Shown here piece by piece: positions 39,240-48,012 of a stretch of DNA of 64,000 bases. The translations under genes and the position numbers were made by a program. The DNA is from Gemmatimonadales bacterium (GTDB lineage Bacteria > Gemmatimonadota > Gemmatimonadetes > Gemmatimonadales > GWC2-71-9), in assembly GCA_041577295.1 (NCBI GenBank), contig JBFGJG010000002.1, positions 64,001 to 128,000 of the forward strand. The letters are read 5' to 3'. The notes beneath the pieces were generated by a model. The model ran no database searches. It saw only the letters and a program-made list of their open reading frames with translations, and was not told where the DNA came from. Positions within the stretch are counted from its first letter, which is position 1. Each line of letters starts with the position of its first letter.

Positions 39240-40612
39240 ACTGTTCGGTGCGTTTCGCGGCGTTCCAGACGGTTGGCAGCATGTAAGGGGAGGCGGGCCC
39301 GAACGGTGGTCCCCTTCGTTGGTTCCGACTCGACCGAAAAGACACCACCCACATTTTGTGCGCGCTCCCGCATACCGAGTAATCCGAGTTGGCGCGCTCC
39401 TTCACGAGATTCGCCGGCGAATCCAGCACCGTCGTCTCGGACCGTGAGATCCAGGATGTTATTCGACTCGTGAAGCTCGACCTCTACTATGGATGCCCAC
39501 GCATGTCGCACTACGTTGGTGAGTGCCTCCTGCAGGATGCGGAAGCAGGCTGTCTCAACGTCTTTGCGGATGCGGTCGTCAAAGCGGTCGACGCTGAGTC
39601 GGAGTTCGAACCCTGCCTTCGCCGCTTGGCGCCTCGCATAGGACCCGACCGCGACGGCGAGACCCAAGTCGTCGAGCAATGCGGGGCGAAGCTCGAAGGA
39701 AAGCGTTCGAACCTGCTCGATGGCTTGGTCGATTGCAGTGATGCTCTCATTGATTTCCGCCGCGTGTCCGCTGGCGGAGCCCATGTGTTGAATGGCCTCG
39801 AGATTGAGCTTAACCGCAGTCAGCGCCTGACCGATCTGGTCGTGCAACTCTCTCGCAATTCGGCTTCGTTCCAACTCCTGAATCTCCAGCAGCCGCCGAG
39901 AAAGGGCTTGCTGCTGTCCACGGGTGACCCGAAGAGCATCCTCGGCATGCTTCCGCTCCACGATACGGCCGAGAAGCGTTCCAATGTGACGACCAATGTC
40001 GATGAGGTCATCGTCTGGCGGCTCCGGCTCATGACCGTAAAACTCGAGCACGGCCACGACCTCGTCTCGGACCATGATGGGAAATGCAAAGCCCGCTTGC
40101 AGTCCAATCGCTGCAGCTTGTGCCGCACGCAAGAATTCCGGGTCGGACGACAGATTAACCTTCCAGACTGGGAGCCTTCGCTCGAGCGCAAGGCCTGGGA
40201 GACCACGGCCCACCTCGAACGCCATTTCCTCCGTTGCTCTGCGAAACGATTCATACCGTGGGGGATCGGCGAGATACCACGGACCGATCGGAACCAACCG
40301 TCCCACAGAACTGCGCTCGACGACAAACACATGGCCTACAGGCCACCCTGTGTGCCCACAGACGCCTTCCAAAGCGATCCGCAAGGCCGCGGGTACGGAG
40401 GGTGCCTCGTTGGCGGCGACTGCGACGGTCTCGAGGAGTTTTACGAAACCGTGCTGGCGTTCGAACGCCGCATGCTGGCGGATGCGGAGCGCACGCTCCT
40501 CATCAGCCTGAGCTTGGAGGCGTTGCGTGAGATCTTCGAGATCAGCGACGCGTCGTTTGAGCTGCTCGAGCTGTCCCGCTGTCTCGAGGTTCACTTTCGA
40601 TCCACCGCTCAT
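39236..40612 (-). CDS. GAF + HisKA_3 sensor kinase (NarX/UhpB-like)
   Basis: GAF domain (GRGLPG, FAFPI). ERSRIARELHDQIGQ, QEALTNVVRHA, DDGAGF, LGLLGMRER. Confidence 0.93.
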   Translation of the reverse strand: MSGGSKVNLETAGQLEQLKRRVADLEDLTQRLQAQADEERALRIRQHAAFERQHGFVKLLETVAVAANEAPSVPAALRIALEGVCGHTGWPVGHVFVVERSSVGRLVPIGPWYLADPPRYESFRRATEEMAFEVGRGLPGLALERRLPVWKVNLSSDPEFLRAAQAAAIGLQAGFAFPIMVRDEVVAVLEFYGHEPEPPDDDLIDIGRHIGTLLGRIVERKHAEDALRVTRGQQQALSRRLLEIQELERSRIARELHDQIGQALTAVKLNLEAIQHMGSASGHAAEINESITAIDQAIEQVRTLSFELRPALLDDLGLAVAVGSYARRQAAKAGFELRLSVDRFDDRIRKDVETACFRILQEALTNVVRHAWASIVEVELHESNNILDLTVRDDGAGFAGESREGARQLGLLGMRERAQNVGGVFSVESEPTKGTTVRARLPLHAANRLERRETHRTV

Positions 40613-40807
40613 GAAACGTCACCCGGCGGGGCAAAGGCATGGTTGCCACGCAAGAACGGTCACATGCGACCGGTCATCTGCAGTAGATTAGCGACGACCC
40701 CGCGTGGCTCACAACTCTCCAACACGGAAAGCTGGGCGTGATTGCCTCGTCGACGCGGTCTACGCGCACTGATCAGGCTGGCCGGGCTCTCGCGCCTAAC
40801 CCTGACC

Positions 40808-41932
40808 TCACTCCGTGACCAGGCGTTGCGCGATGGCTCCCGCATCGTCTCGAGAACCGTGGAGAGCACTGTTCACCATGATCAGCTCCCCGACGTTCTC
40901 CAAGGTCAGCAGGCCGACCAGCATCCCTTGTCTCACGACGGGGAGCGCCGAGCACTTGCCCTGACGCATTCGCGCCAGCGCACGCTCGAGCGATTCGTCT
41001 TCCCGCAGTACTTCGCAGTTGGGCCGCATCACGCGATCGACCCCGGTCTCCCGGCCGTGGCTCTTCAGGGCGCCCACCAACTCGCTCCGCATGAGCATGC
41101 CGGTCACCCGCCCCCGGTCGACCACTGGAAAATCCTGTTGGGAGCCCGCTAGCAACTCGTCGATCGCCTCTGCGAGCGTGCTGGTGGGCGTGAGCGCGCG
41201 AAATCGCGTCATCATGGCGTCGCCAACGGTCACCCCGCTGACGGCCGAGCGAAGCTGAACCTGTTGCGACTCGGCTTGGGCACCCAAAAAGACGAAGATG
41301 GCAATGAGCAGAAGAATTGGGTTTCCACCGAGCAAGCCAAAAAGACCGAACGCAATCGCCATGAATTGGCCGATGCCTGCGGCAATCTGCGTCGACCGTA
41401 CATAGTCCAACTTCATTGCCAGGAGGGCTCGGAGGATGCGCCCGCCGTCCATGGGGAATGCGGGGAGCAAGTTGAAGCCAACAATCAGGATATTGAGCCA
41501 GGCAAGTTGCACGAGGAGGTTACCGCCGACCCTGGCGAGCGAGGTGATCGGACCCATCGCATCGGCAAGGACCAGCACAACGATCAGAACCCCGGCAATC
41601 ACCACATTGACCGCGGGGCCGGCCACGGCAACCAGGAACTCCTCGCTCGGCTTGTCCGGCATGCGCTCGAGCCTTGCCACCCCTCCAATTGGCAGGAGTG
41701 TAATGTCCCTCGTGCCCACGCCGAAGCGCTGCGCCGTCAGTGCGTGCCCGAGCTCATGCAGCACAACGCAGGTGAAGAGCGTTAGTACGAGTGCAATACC
41801 CAAAAGGACTTGCCGGACGTCAGCGCCGCTTCGGACGTGCATGAAGACGACCCAGCCGATCAAGATCAAGAATGTCCAGTGTACCTGGATAAGGATTCCC
41901 GAGACCCTACCCAGCTTCCACGACCAGTTCAT
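40808..41932 (-). CDS. Site-2 protease (M50) with CBS domains
   Basis: HELGH, LLPIGGVA, AGPAVN, FNLLPAFPMDGGR, C-terminal CBS pair. Confidence 0.93.
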   Translation of the reverse strand: MNWSWKLGRVSGILIQVHWTFLILIGWVVFMHVRSGADVRQVLLGIALVLTLFTCVVLHELGHALTAQRFGVGTRDITLLPIGGVARLERMPDKPSEEFLVAVAGPAVNVVIAGVLIVVLVLADAMGPITSLARVGGNLLVQLAWLNILIVGFNLLPAFPMDGGRILRALLAMKLDYVRSTQIAAGIGQFMAIAFGLFGLLGGNPILLLIAIFVFLGAQAESQQVQLRSAVSGVTVGDAMMTRFRALTPTSTLAEAIDELLAGSQQDFPVVDRGRVTGMLMRSELVGALKSHGRETGVDRVMRPNCEVLREDESLERALARMRQGKCSALPVVRQGMLVGLLTLENVGELIMVNSALHGSRDDAGAIAQRLVTE

Positions 41933-42034
41933 GCACGTCTCCCGGCCAAACCTTCGACAGCGCCTCGATATCAGACAAGCGCCTCTACAACGCCTCTATA
42001 AAGGTAGCGACGCTACGGGAACGTGAGAACGAAA

Positions 42035-42062
42035 CAGCCTCCGGGTGGGAAACCGGAGGCTG
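42035..42062 (-). terminator. Intrinsic terminator after hsp20
   Basis: 10-bp stem CAGCCTCCGG/CCGGAGGCTG, followed on the minus strand by TTTCGTTCTC. Confidence 0.75.
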
Positions 42063-42089
42063 CGTCCGCGCGCTCGGTCTAGCAGCCGC

Positions 42090-42530
42090 TCAATTGATCG
42101 TGACGCGGCTCTTGACGGCGGGTTCGGCCTTGGGGAGCCGTAGGGTGAGGATACCATCCTGGTAGGTCGCCAGGATCTTATCCGGATCTACGACTTTGGG
42201 GAGCCGCAGCGACCGGACGAACTTACCCTCCTCCCGTTCGCGCCAGATGTACTCCTCCGTCTCATGCTCCTTGCGGAATTCTCGCTTTCCGGAAACGGTG
42301 AGTACGTTTTGCTCGAGGGTCACATCCAAGTTTTCCTTGTGAACACCTGGCGCTTCGAGACGAACCACGAACTCCTTATCTGTCTCGGAGCAAGCGAGTG
42401 CCGGTGCCCATTCGGTCTCCACCAATGGAACCTCGAACCGGCTAAACGGGAACTCGAAGAACCGGTCCAGCAGCTTGTCGAACTCCTGCCGCATGCGCGG
42501 AATGGGCGGTGCCGCTTTGGTGAGTTTCAC
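42090..42530 (-). CDS. Hsp20/alpha-crystallin family protein
   Basis: GTG 42530 follows AGGAGG. WAP..ETDKEF..EAPGV, LTVSGKR, GKFVRSLRLP, ATYQDGILTLRLPK. Confidence 0.92.
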   Translation of the reverse strand: MKLTKAAPPIPRMRQEFDKLLDRFFEFPFSRFEVPLVETEWAPALACSETDKEFVVRLEAPGVHKENLDVTLEQNVLTVSGKREFRKEHETEEYIWREREEGKFVRSLRLPKVVDPDKILATYQDGILTLRLPKAEPAVKSRVTIN

Positions 42531-42561
42531 ACGCCACCTCCTGCTGACATTGACCCTTTTT

Positions 42562-42605
42562 AGTGTATACCTCGTCCAGTGAAGCCACACTGAAACCCAG
42601 TTGAA
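42562..42605 (-). promoter_or_regulatory. hsp20 promoter: three TTCA repeats in 11-bp phase plus -10 TACACT
   Basis: Plus-strand TGAA at 42580, 42591 and 42602. Minus-strand TACACT at 42567-42562, 16 bp from the last repeat. Confidence 0.65.
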
Positions 42606-42620
42606 CCATCCCAACCAGCG

Positions 42621-42675
42621 TTAAGACTTCATTAAGGCTCCCTTCACTTGCCGCTCACTCCTTTCCGAGTACCGT
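42621..42675 (+). promoter_or_regulatory. usp operon promoter: four repeats in 11-bp phase plus -10 TACCGT
   Basis: TTAA 42621, TTAA 42632, TTCA 42643, CTCA 42654. TACCGT at 42670. Confidence 0.65.
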
Positions 42676-42720
42676 CCACCCGCGATTGTGAACCGCGTCC
42701 AAGTCGCGGGAGGTAGTTTG

Positions 42721-43647
42721 ATGTCCGGAACCGAATGGAAGCCGGTTGTTGTTGGAGTCGACGTGTCTCCCGAAAGTGCGGGGGCAGCGGCGCTGGGGTG
42801 CAAAATCGCGGCGGCCGCGGGGACGACGTGTCATTTGGTTCACGGAACGCGGGCGGTCACCGCCATTCCTGTATCTCCTCCGCCGCTACCGGTCGATCCC
42901 GTTGCACTGACCAAACAGTTGACAGAGGCGGCCGGGCGAAAGGTCAAACAAGCGCTCGGGGGACATGCGCCGGCAGCGGCTCTCGAGAGTCTAGAGGTGC
43001 GACTCGGCAACGGGGCTTGGGCCCTGCGGCATTCGATTGAGGATCACGACGCCGGGCTCGTGGTCCTGGGCGGCAAGCACCACGCACCCCCCGCACGATG
43101 GCTGGGTGGCAGTACCGCCCATCACGCGGTCCGGATGATCGACATTCCGCTTTTGATTAGTTGGTCTCCCCGGCAGACCATACGGCGGGTATTGGTGGCG
43201 GTAGATCTTTCCTATGCCGCGGCGCCGACCTTGGAGACGGCAGTGCGCTACGCAGCGCTGTTTGACGCTGAGTTGCGCGCGCTCCATGTCGTAGAGGATC
43301 TCCCGTTCAGCGACGAGCTGCGGTTACCATTAGACCATGACGCGTACCATGAGTTGTCGGCTGAACACTTCGACCGTATCATGGACGCACAATCACCCTC
43401 GCAGCGTACAGAGCGGGTCGTACGACCGGGCGAACCCGCTCGAGTGATCGCCGAGGAGAGCGCTCTCTACGATGCCGACCTGGTCGTGGTTGGCTCACAT
43501 GGGAAGGGGTGGGTAGACCGACTCATGATCGGCAGCACGACCGAGCGGCTGCTCAATCACCTCCCGACGTCGCTGTTGGTGGTCCAGGTCCGGGCCACAG
43601 AAGGCGATACCACTGCGTTGACGCTCGAGGCCGCTGCAAGCGCTTGA
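42721..43647 (+). CDS. Universal stress protein, tandem USP domains
   Basis: ATG follows GGAGG. VVVGVDVS...LVVLG..LGGSTA and VLVAVDLS...DLVVVGSHG..IGSTTERL. Confidence 0.92.
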   Translation: MSGTEWKPVVVGVDVSPESAGAAALGCKIAAAAGTTCHLVHGTRAVTAIPVSPPPLPVDPVALTKQLTEAAGRKVKQALGGHAPAAALESLEVRLGNGAWALRHSIEDHDAGLVVLGGKHHAPPARWLGGSTAHHAVRMIDIPLLISWSPRQTIRRVLVAVDLSYAAAPTLETAVRYAALFDAELRALHVVEDLPFSDELRLPLDHDAYHELSAEHFDRIMDAQSPSQRTERVVRPGEPARVIAEESALYDADLVVVGSHGKGWVDRLMIGSTTERLLNHLPTSLLVVQVRATEGDTTALTLEAAASA

Positions 43648-43680
43648 TTCCATCGGGCAACAACCCAAACCGAGGTCCGT

Positions 43681-44082
43681 ATGAAAGTCGCCGAATTGAT
43701 GCAAACCGATCTCAAGACCGCCTCCGATGACACCCTGGTGGGCGAGGCGGTGATCACGCTGTCGGACGCGCATGTGTCCGCACTGCCGGTCATCGATCGA
43801 CGACAACGCTTAGTCGGCGTCCTTTCTACGACCGATATCCTGCAAGCCGAAGCGGAGTGTGCCACACCCGAGGAGCGCGAGCGTCTGTTCCAAGAGACGA
43901 CGGTCCGGGACATAATGACGCCCAAGCCTCAGACGGTGGAACCGGACGACGACGTCAAAGAAGTCGCACAACGCATGTTGTATCTCGAGGTCCACCGCCT
44001 CTTCGTGGTGTACGATGACGAGCTGGTGGGTGTCATCTCGCAGAGTGACATCGTCCGGGCAGTTGCCACGGCGAAGATCTGA
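43681..44082 (+). CDS. CBS domain protein
   Basis: KVAELM, LPVID..LVGVLSTTD, VRDIMT, LVGVISQSD. Confidence 0.92.
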   Translation: MKVAELMQTDLKTASDDTLVGEAVITLSDAHVSALPVIDRRQRLVGVLSTTDILQAEAECATPEERERLFQETTVRDIMTPKPQTVEPDDDVKEVAQRMLYLEVHRLFVVYDDELVGVISQSDIVRAVATAKI

Positions 44083-44123
44083 TTGTCTATTAGTCCGATC
44101 AGGTTCCGACAAACGGAACGCCC

Positions 44124-44264
44124 ATGACGGATCCACAACGTGACACTGGGGGACACCCGAGAGGCACGCTGGCAATCATCGCGTTGTACGGCGCGATCTT
44201 CGTGCTCGGGTGGCTCGGCTTCTTCTTCTTCGTGTTCTTGCCGCGCGGCGCCGTGACGCCGTAG
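44124..44264 (+). CDS. ba3-type oxidase small subunit IIa (46 aa)
   Basis: Not in the ORF track. MTDPQRDTGGHPRGTLAIIALYGAIFVLGWLGFFFFVFLPRGAVTP: one TM with the PxG-LA...W...RG pattern of subunit IIa, directly upstream of subunit II. Confidence 0.8.
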   Translation: MTDPQRDTGGHPRGTLAIIALYGAIFVLGWLGFFFFVFLPRGAVTP

Positions 44265-44271
44265 ACAACGA

Positions 44272-44748
44272 ATGCACGTCGATCTCTACGAGAAGATTTG
44301 GATGTGGGCCGCTGGCGTCATCATCGCCGTTTTCCTCGGCGCCATCGTGTTTTCCACGGTCTCCCAAGGTCGGATCCCGCCCAGCCATGTCGAGACCATC
44401 GACCCACAGGCCGTGTGGACAGACGAGCGGTTTGTTGACCGGTCCGTTCGCACGCTCGCAGACGGAAGCGTGGAGGTCCGGATCATTGCGCTGATGTTCG
44501 CGTTTCAGCCGAGCGAGATCCGAGTTCCGGCCGGTCGTAAGGTCACCTTCCGCATCACCTCCAGCGATGTCGTGCATGGTTTTCAGATTGTTGGCACGAA
44601 CGGGAATACCATGGTCGTCCCTGGATACGTCAGCCAGTTCTCGACAACGTTCGATTCGCCTGGAGAGTATTTGATCGTTTGCAATGAGTACTGCGGGCTC
44701 GGCCACCACGGCATGTTTGGAAAGCTCATTGTCGAGGGGACGCCTTGA
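44272..44748 (+). CDS. cbaB: ba3-type cytochrome c oxidase subunit II
   Basis: Single TM. SSDVVHGF, CNEYCGLGHHGM (CuA site). Confidence 0.92.
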   Translation: MHVDLYEKIWMWAAGVIIAVFLGAIVFSTVSQGRIPPSHVETIDPQAVWTDERFVDRSVRTLADGSVEVRIIALMFAFQPSEIRVPAGRKVTFRITSSDVVHGFQIVGTNGNTMVVPGYVSQFSTTFDSPGEYLIVCNEYCGLGHHGMFGKLIVEGTP

Positions 44749-46367
44749 TCTATAACCGCCCGCTCGCCACCGCGAATATCGGTGTGGGGATCGCTGCGTT
44801 TGGCGTTGCCACGTTCATGGCATTCATGCAGGCTTTGTCGCGCGCCAACCTGGATCTGCCCTGGCGTACCGCAAAGATGTACTACCTATCCGTCACCGGG
44901 CACGGCGTGCTGATGGCCCTGGTGTTCACCACGTTTTTTATCATGGGCTTGGGCGTGGCGTTCACCACGCGTGCGTTGGGGCGGCCGCTCCGGTTCCCCC
45001 GTGTGGGTTGGATTTCCTTTTGGGTTGCGTTGATCGGCTCGCTCGGCGCGTTATGGGCGGTTTTTGCGGGCAAGGCGACAGTTCTCTACACGTTTTACCC
45101 TCCGCTGCAGGCGCATCCCGCCTTCTACCTCGGACTGACGCTGCTCGTCGTGGGCTCGTGGATTTGGAGCGTGGTCATCCTCGCGACGTATGGGGCGTGG
45201 CGACGAGACAATCCGGAAACCCCGGTCCCGTTGGCCGTGCATGGAATCCTCGCAACCATTGTCGTCTGGCTCATCGCCACCGTCGGTGTCGCCGCCGAGA
45301 TGCTACTCCAGTTGATCCCGTGGTCGCTCGGTCTCACCGACACGGTGGACCCGATGCTGGCACGTACCCTTTTCTGGTACTTCGGCCACCCGCTCGTCTA
45401 CTTCTGGCTGATTCCCGCCTACGTCGTGTGGTACACCATTCTTCCGAAAGTCGCCGGCGGACGACTGTTCAGCGATCCGCTCGCTCGGATGGTCTTTGTG
45501 CTGTTTATCGTGCTCTCGACCCCGGTAGGGTTCCATCACCAGTTCATGGATCCGGGAGTCACCTCCGGCTGGAAGATGCTGCACACGTTCAACACGTTTG
45601 GGATTCTCTTTCCGAGTTTTGTGACCGCGTTCACCGTCGTAGCGTCACTGGAAGTGGCGGGTCGGCTTCGCGGCGCAGACGGCTGGTTCAATTGGCTCGG
45701 GAAGCTGCCCTGGGGGGACCCGCTGGTCTCGAGCGTCTTGCTGAGCATGTTGCTGTTCGCGATCGGTGGACTCGGAGGCGCCATCAACGCGGCCTATGGA
45801 ATGAATGCCGTTGTACACAACACGGCGTGGATTCAGGGTCACTTTCATTTGACCGTCGGAACGGCGACCGCGCTCACATTCATGGGTGTGGCGTATTGGC
45901 TCGTGCCGCAACTCGTAGGCCGAGATCTGGAGCTGGGTTTGCTGGCAAAGGTGCAACCCTACCTCTGGTTTTTCGGGATGTTCCTGTTCTCCCTTGCGAA
46001 TCACGCAACCGGCCTCATGGGGATGCCACGACGTGTCTACGACGCGAGCTACGGTGGGAGTCCCGTGGCCGCGGAGTGGTCTGGACTCACACTCGTGTCG
46101 GCGGTTGGCGGGATTCTCTTGTTTGTGAGCGCTGCGTTCTTCCTTCTGGTGATGTTGGGCACGGTGCTGGCTGGCAGGCGCAACCCGCAGCCTGAACTCG
46201 AGTTCGCACAACCTCTCCAAGGTCACCCATCAAAGCGTGGCATTTGGGATCGTTTTGGTCTGTGGATCGGGATCGCTATCGTGCTCGTGGTCATCGCCTA
46301 CGCATATCCAATCATCCAACACCTCCAGCTCGAACGCTTCGGCTCTCCCGGCTATCGGCTGTTCTGA
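44745..46367 (+). CDS. cbaA: ba3-type (B-family) heme-copper oxidase subunit I
   Basis: YYLSVTGHGVLM, YTFYPPL, FWYFGHPLVYFW, GFHHQF, HNTAWIQGHFH, GMPRR. Confidence 0.94.
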   Translation: MIYNRPLATANIGVGIAAFGVATFMAFMQALSRANLDLPWRTAKMYYLSVTGHGVLMALVFTTFFIMGLGVAFTTRALGRPLRFPRVGWISFWVALIGSLGALWAVFAGKATVLYTFYPPLQAHPAFYLGLTLLVVGSWIWSVVILATYGAWRRDNPETPVPLAVHGILATIVVWLIATVGVAAEMLLQLIPWSLGLTDTVDPMLARTLFWYFGHPLVYFWLIPAYVVWYTILPKVAGGRLFSDPLARMVFVLFIVLSTPVGFHHQFMDPGVTSGWKMLHTFNTFGILFPSFVTAFTVVASLEVAGRLRGADGWFNWLGKLPWGDPLVSSVLLSMLLFAIGGLGGAINAAYGMNAVVHNTAWIQGHFHLTVGTATALTFMGVAYWLVPQLVGRDLELGLLAKVQPYLWFFGMFLFSLANHATGLMGMPRRVYDASYGGSPVAAEWSGLTLVSAVGGILLFVSAAFFLLVMLGTVLAGRRNPQPELEFAQPLQGHPSKRGIWDRFGLWIGIAIVLVVIAYAYPIIQHLQLERFGSPGYRLF

Positions 46368-46371
46368 GCTC

Positions 46372-46389
46372 CCTCTATCCCCTCTATCA
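46372..46389 (+). repeat. Two copies of the 9-bp unit (CCTCTATCC CCTCTATCA)
   Basis: Same unit as 21836-21871. Fills most of the 22-bp gap between the convergent cbaA and ZIP genes. Confidence 0.75.
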
Positions 46390-47121
46390 TCACAGATACC
46401 TCTGAAACAACACCATCCCCACCATTGAGAGGCTCACCAGCAACGCAACCGTCCGGCCACGTGCCCGCTGGAAGGCCTCTGGCAGCAGTTCGACGAGCAC
46501 CATGAACACCATGGCACCCGCCGCGAAGCCAATGCCGTACGGAAGCGCCTCGCTGAATGCCTCGACAAACAAGAACGCCGGTACAGCCATGACCGGTTGC
46601 GGCAACGACGAGACGACGCTCCACCACGCGCAACCCACGACCGATGTGCCACGCGGTCTCAGCACCGCGCTGATCGCGAGCCCCTCAGGGATGTTGTGTA
46701 CGGCAATCGCGGCTGTGATCAGCACGGCGAGCGTCACCCCGCCGCCAAAGGCCACACCGATCGCAACGCCTTCCGCAAACGAGTGAGCGGTCATGACCAC
46801 GACCATCAGGGCCATCTGCCGGGCTCCAGCACCCCTCGCCCGACCGAATTGCACGTCGGCGTTTCGCAGCAGGTGCTGCGTGACCAGGATGAAGGAAACA
46901 CCTGCCATGGCTCCAATGACCGTTTGCACGCCCCCGTACGTCGTCCCCTGAGCGACGAGTCCATAGCTCGCGCCAAGCATGAGTCCGGAGGCGATTGCGT
47001 TGGACGATGCGACGATGCGGCCCGATACCACTCGCACCAACGCAAAGGGAAGCGCACCGAGTCCGGTGGCCAAGGCGGTCGCGAGTCCATAGAGGAACAC
47101 CACCAAGACAGACGCGCTCAC
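46390..47121 (-). CDS. ZIP family metal transporter
   Basis: ATGLGALP, GLML, HSFAEGVAIG, AIAVHNIPEG, FAAGAM..ELLPE. Confidence 0.92.
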   Translation of the reverse strand: MSASVLVVFLYGLATALATGLGALPFALVRVVSGRIVASSNAIASGLMLGASYGLVAQGTTYGGVQTVIGAMAGVSFILVTQHLLRNADVQFGRARGAGARQMALMVVVMTAHSFAEGVAIGVAFGGGVTLAVLITAAIAVHNIPEGLAISAVLRPRGTSVVGCAWWSVVSSLPQPVMAVPAFLFVEAFSEALPYGIGFAAGAMVFMVLVELLPEAFQRARGRTVALLVSLSMVGMVLFQRYL

Positions 47122-47840
47122 CAGCGGAGCCCACCCAAGAGAACGATGATTCCCAGACTCACGACCGTCACGAGGCCGATCGTGGTAGGCCCCGCATGAC
47201 GGTAGGACTCGGGGAGCAAATCTGCCATGACGAGGTACACGAGGGTTCCCACCGCGAACCCCACCGCAAATGGTAGGATGCTTGGCGCAGCCTGGACGAC
47301 GACAAAAACAAACACTGACAGGAAGACCTGACTGAGATCGGTAACGACTGCGATGCCAGCCGCCTCGGGTCGTGAGTGGCCTCGCCCCGTGAAAACCGCG
47401 CCGAGCACAGCTGCTTCGGGGATGTTGTGGACCCCGATCGCAAGTGCCACAAAGATGCCAAAGGACAAGTCGAGTGCCATGGCGACGCCGATTGCCACGC
47501 CCTCCGCGGCCGAGTGCAACGTGTTTCTCAGGAAAACCTGGTATCCGTAGGCTGGGCTACTCTCGGCGCGGTCTCCCTCCGCTGCCTCCCAGACAAGCTG
47601 AGTGAGAAACACGAATCCCACTCCCAAGGCAGCACCCACCGCACCGCTCAATGGTTCACGATCGGCGCCGACATCCATCAAGGCATAGCCGGCACCGAGC
47701 ATGAGACCGGCAGCGAGTGCGTTGGCCCAACCCAACCACCGGGGCTGGCTTCGCCCGGGACTGAGCAATGGGAGCGCGCCCAACCCACCCATTCCGGCGG
47801 CGATGGTGGAGTAGGCGAGTACCGTGAGCGCTGGGTCCAC
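47118..47840 (-). CDS. ZIP family metal transporter (second paralog)
   Basis: LGALP, GLML, LHSAAEGVAIG, AIGVHNIPE, DLLPE. GTGA overlap with the downstream ZIP. Confidence 0.88.
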   Translation of the reverse strand: MDPALTVLAYSTIAAGMGGLGALPLLSPGRSQPRWLGWANALAAGLMLGAGYALMDVGADREPLSGAVGAALGVGFVFLTQLVWEAAEGDRAESSPAYGYQVFLRNTLHSAAEGVAIGVAMALDLSFGIFVALAIGVHNIPEAAVLGAVFTGRGHSRPEAAGIAVVTDLSQVFLSVFVFVVVQAAPSILPFAVGFAVGTLVYLVMADLLPESYRHAGPTTIGLVTVVSLGIIVLLGGLRW

Positions 47841-48012
47841 GGCGGGAGCTTAGCCTGCCCGCCCCGGGAAGTCACGTCACCGGCCGCGTCTGGCACTGCG
47901 AATCATCGGGAGGTAGCTTCATTAAAGAGCCGCCGCTACGCGGCCCGGAGCGGATTTCGGTTGTTTCGAGCAACAGACTCGGCCCCGGTCCGAACGCCCT
48001 CGGAGTATCTGC

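Noticed and set aside
39389..40741. Long alternative ORFs (39389..40741 +, 45008..46195 +, 55179..56243 -, 59046..60077 +, 8124..9023 -)
   Set aside because: They overlap well-supported genes, show no recognisable motifs, and are expected in GC-rich DNA.
47841..48012. Phased TTCA boxes upstream of the GAF kinase
   Set aside because: Only a single CTTCATTAA, with no 11-bp periodic partners.
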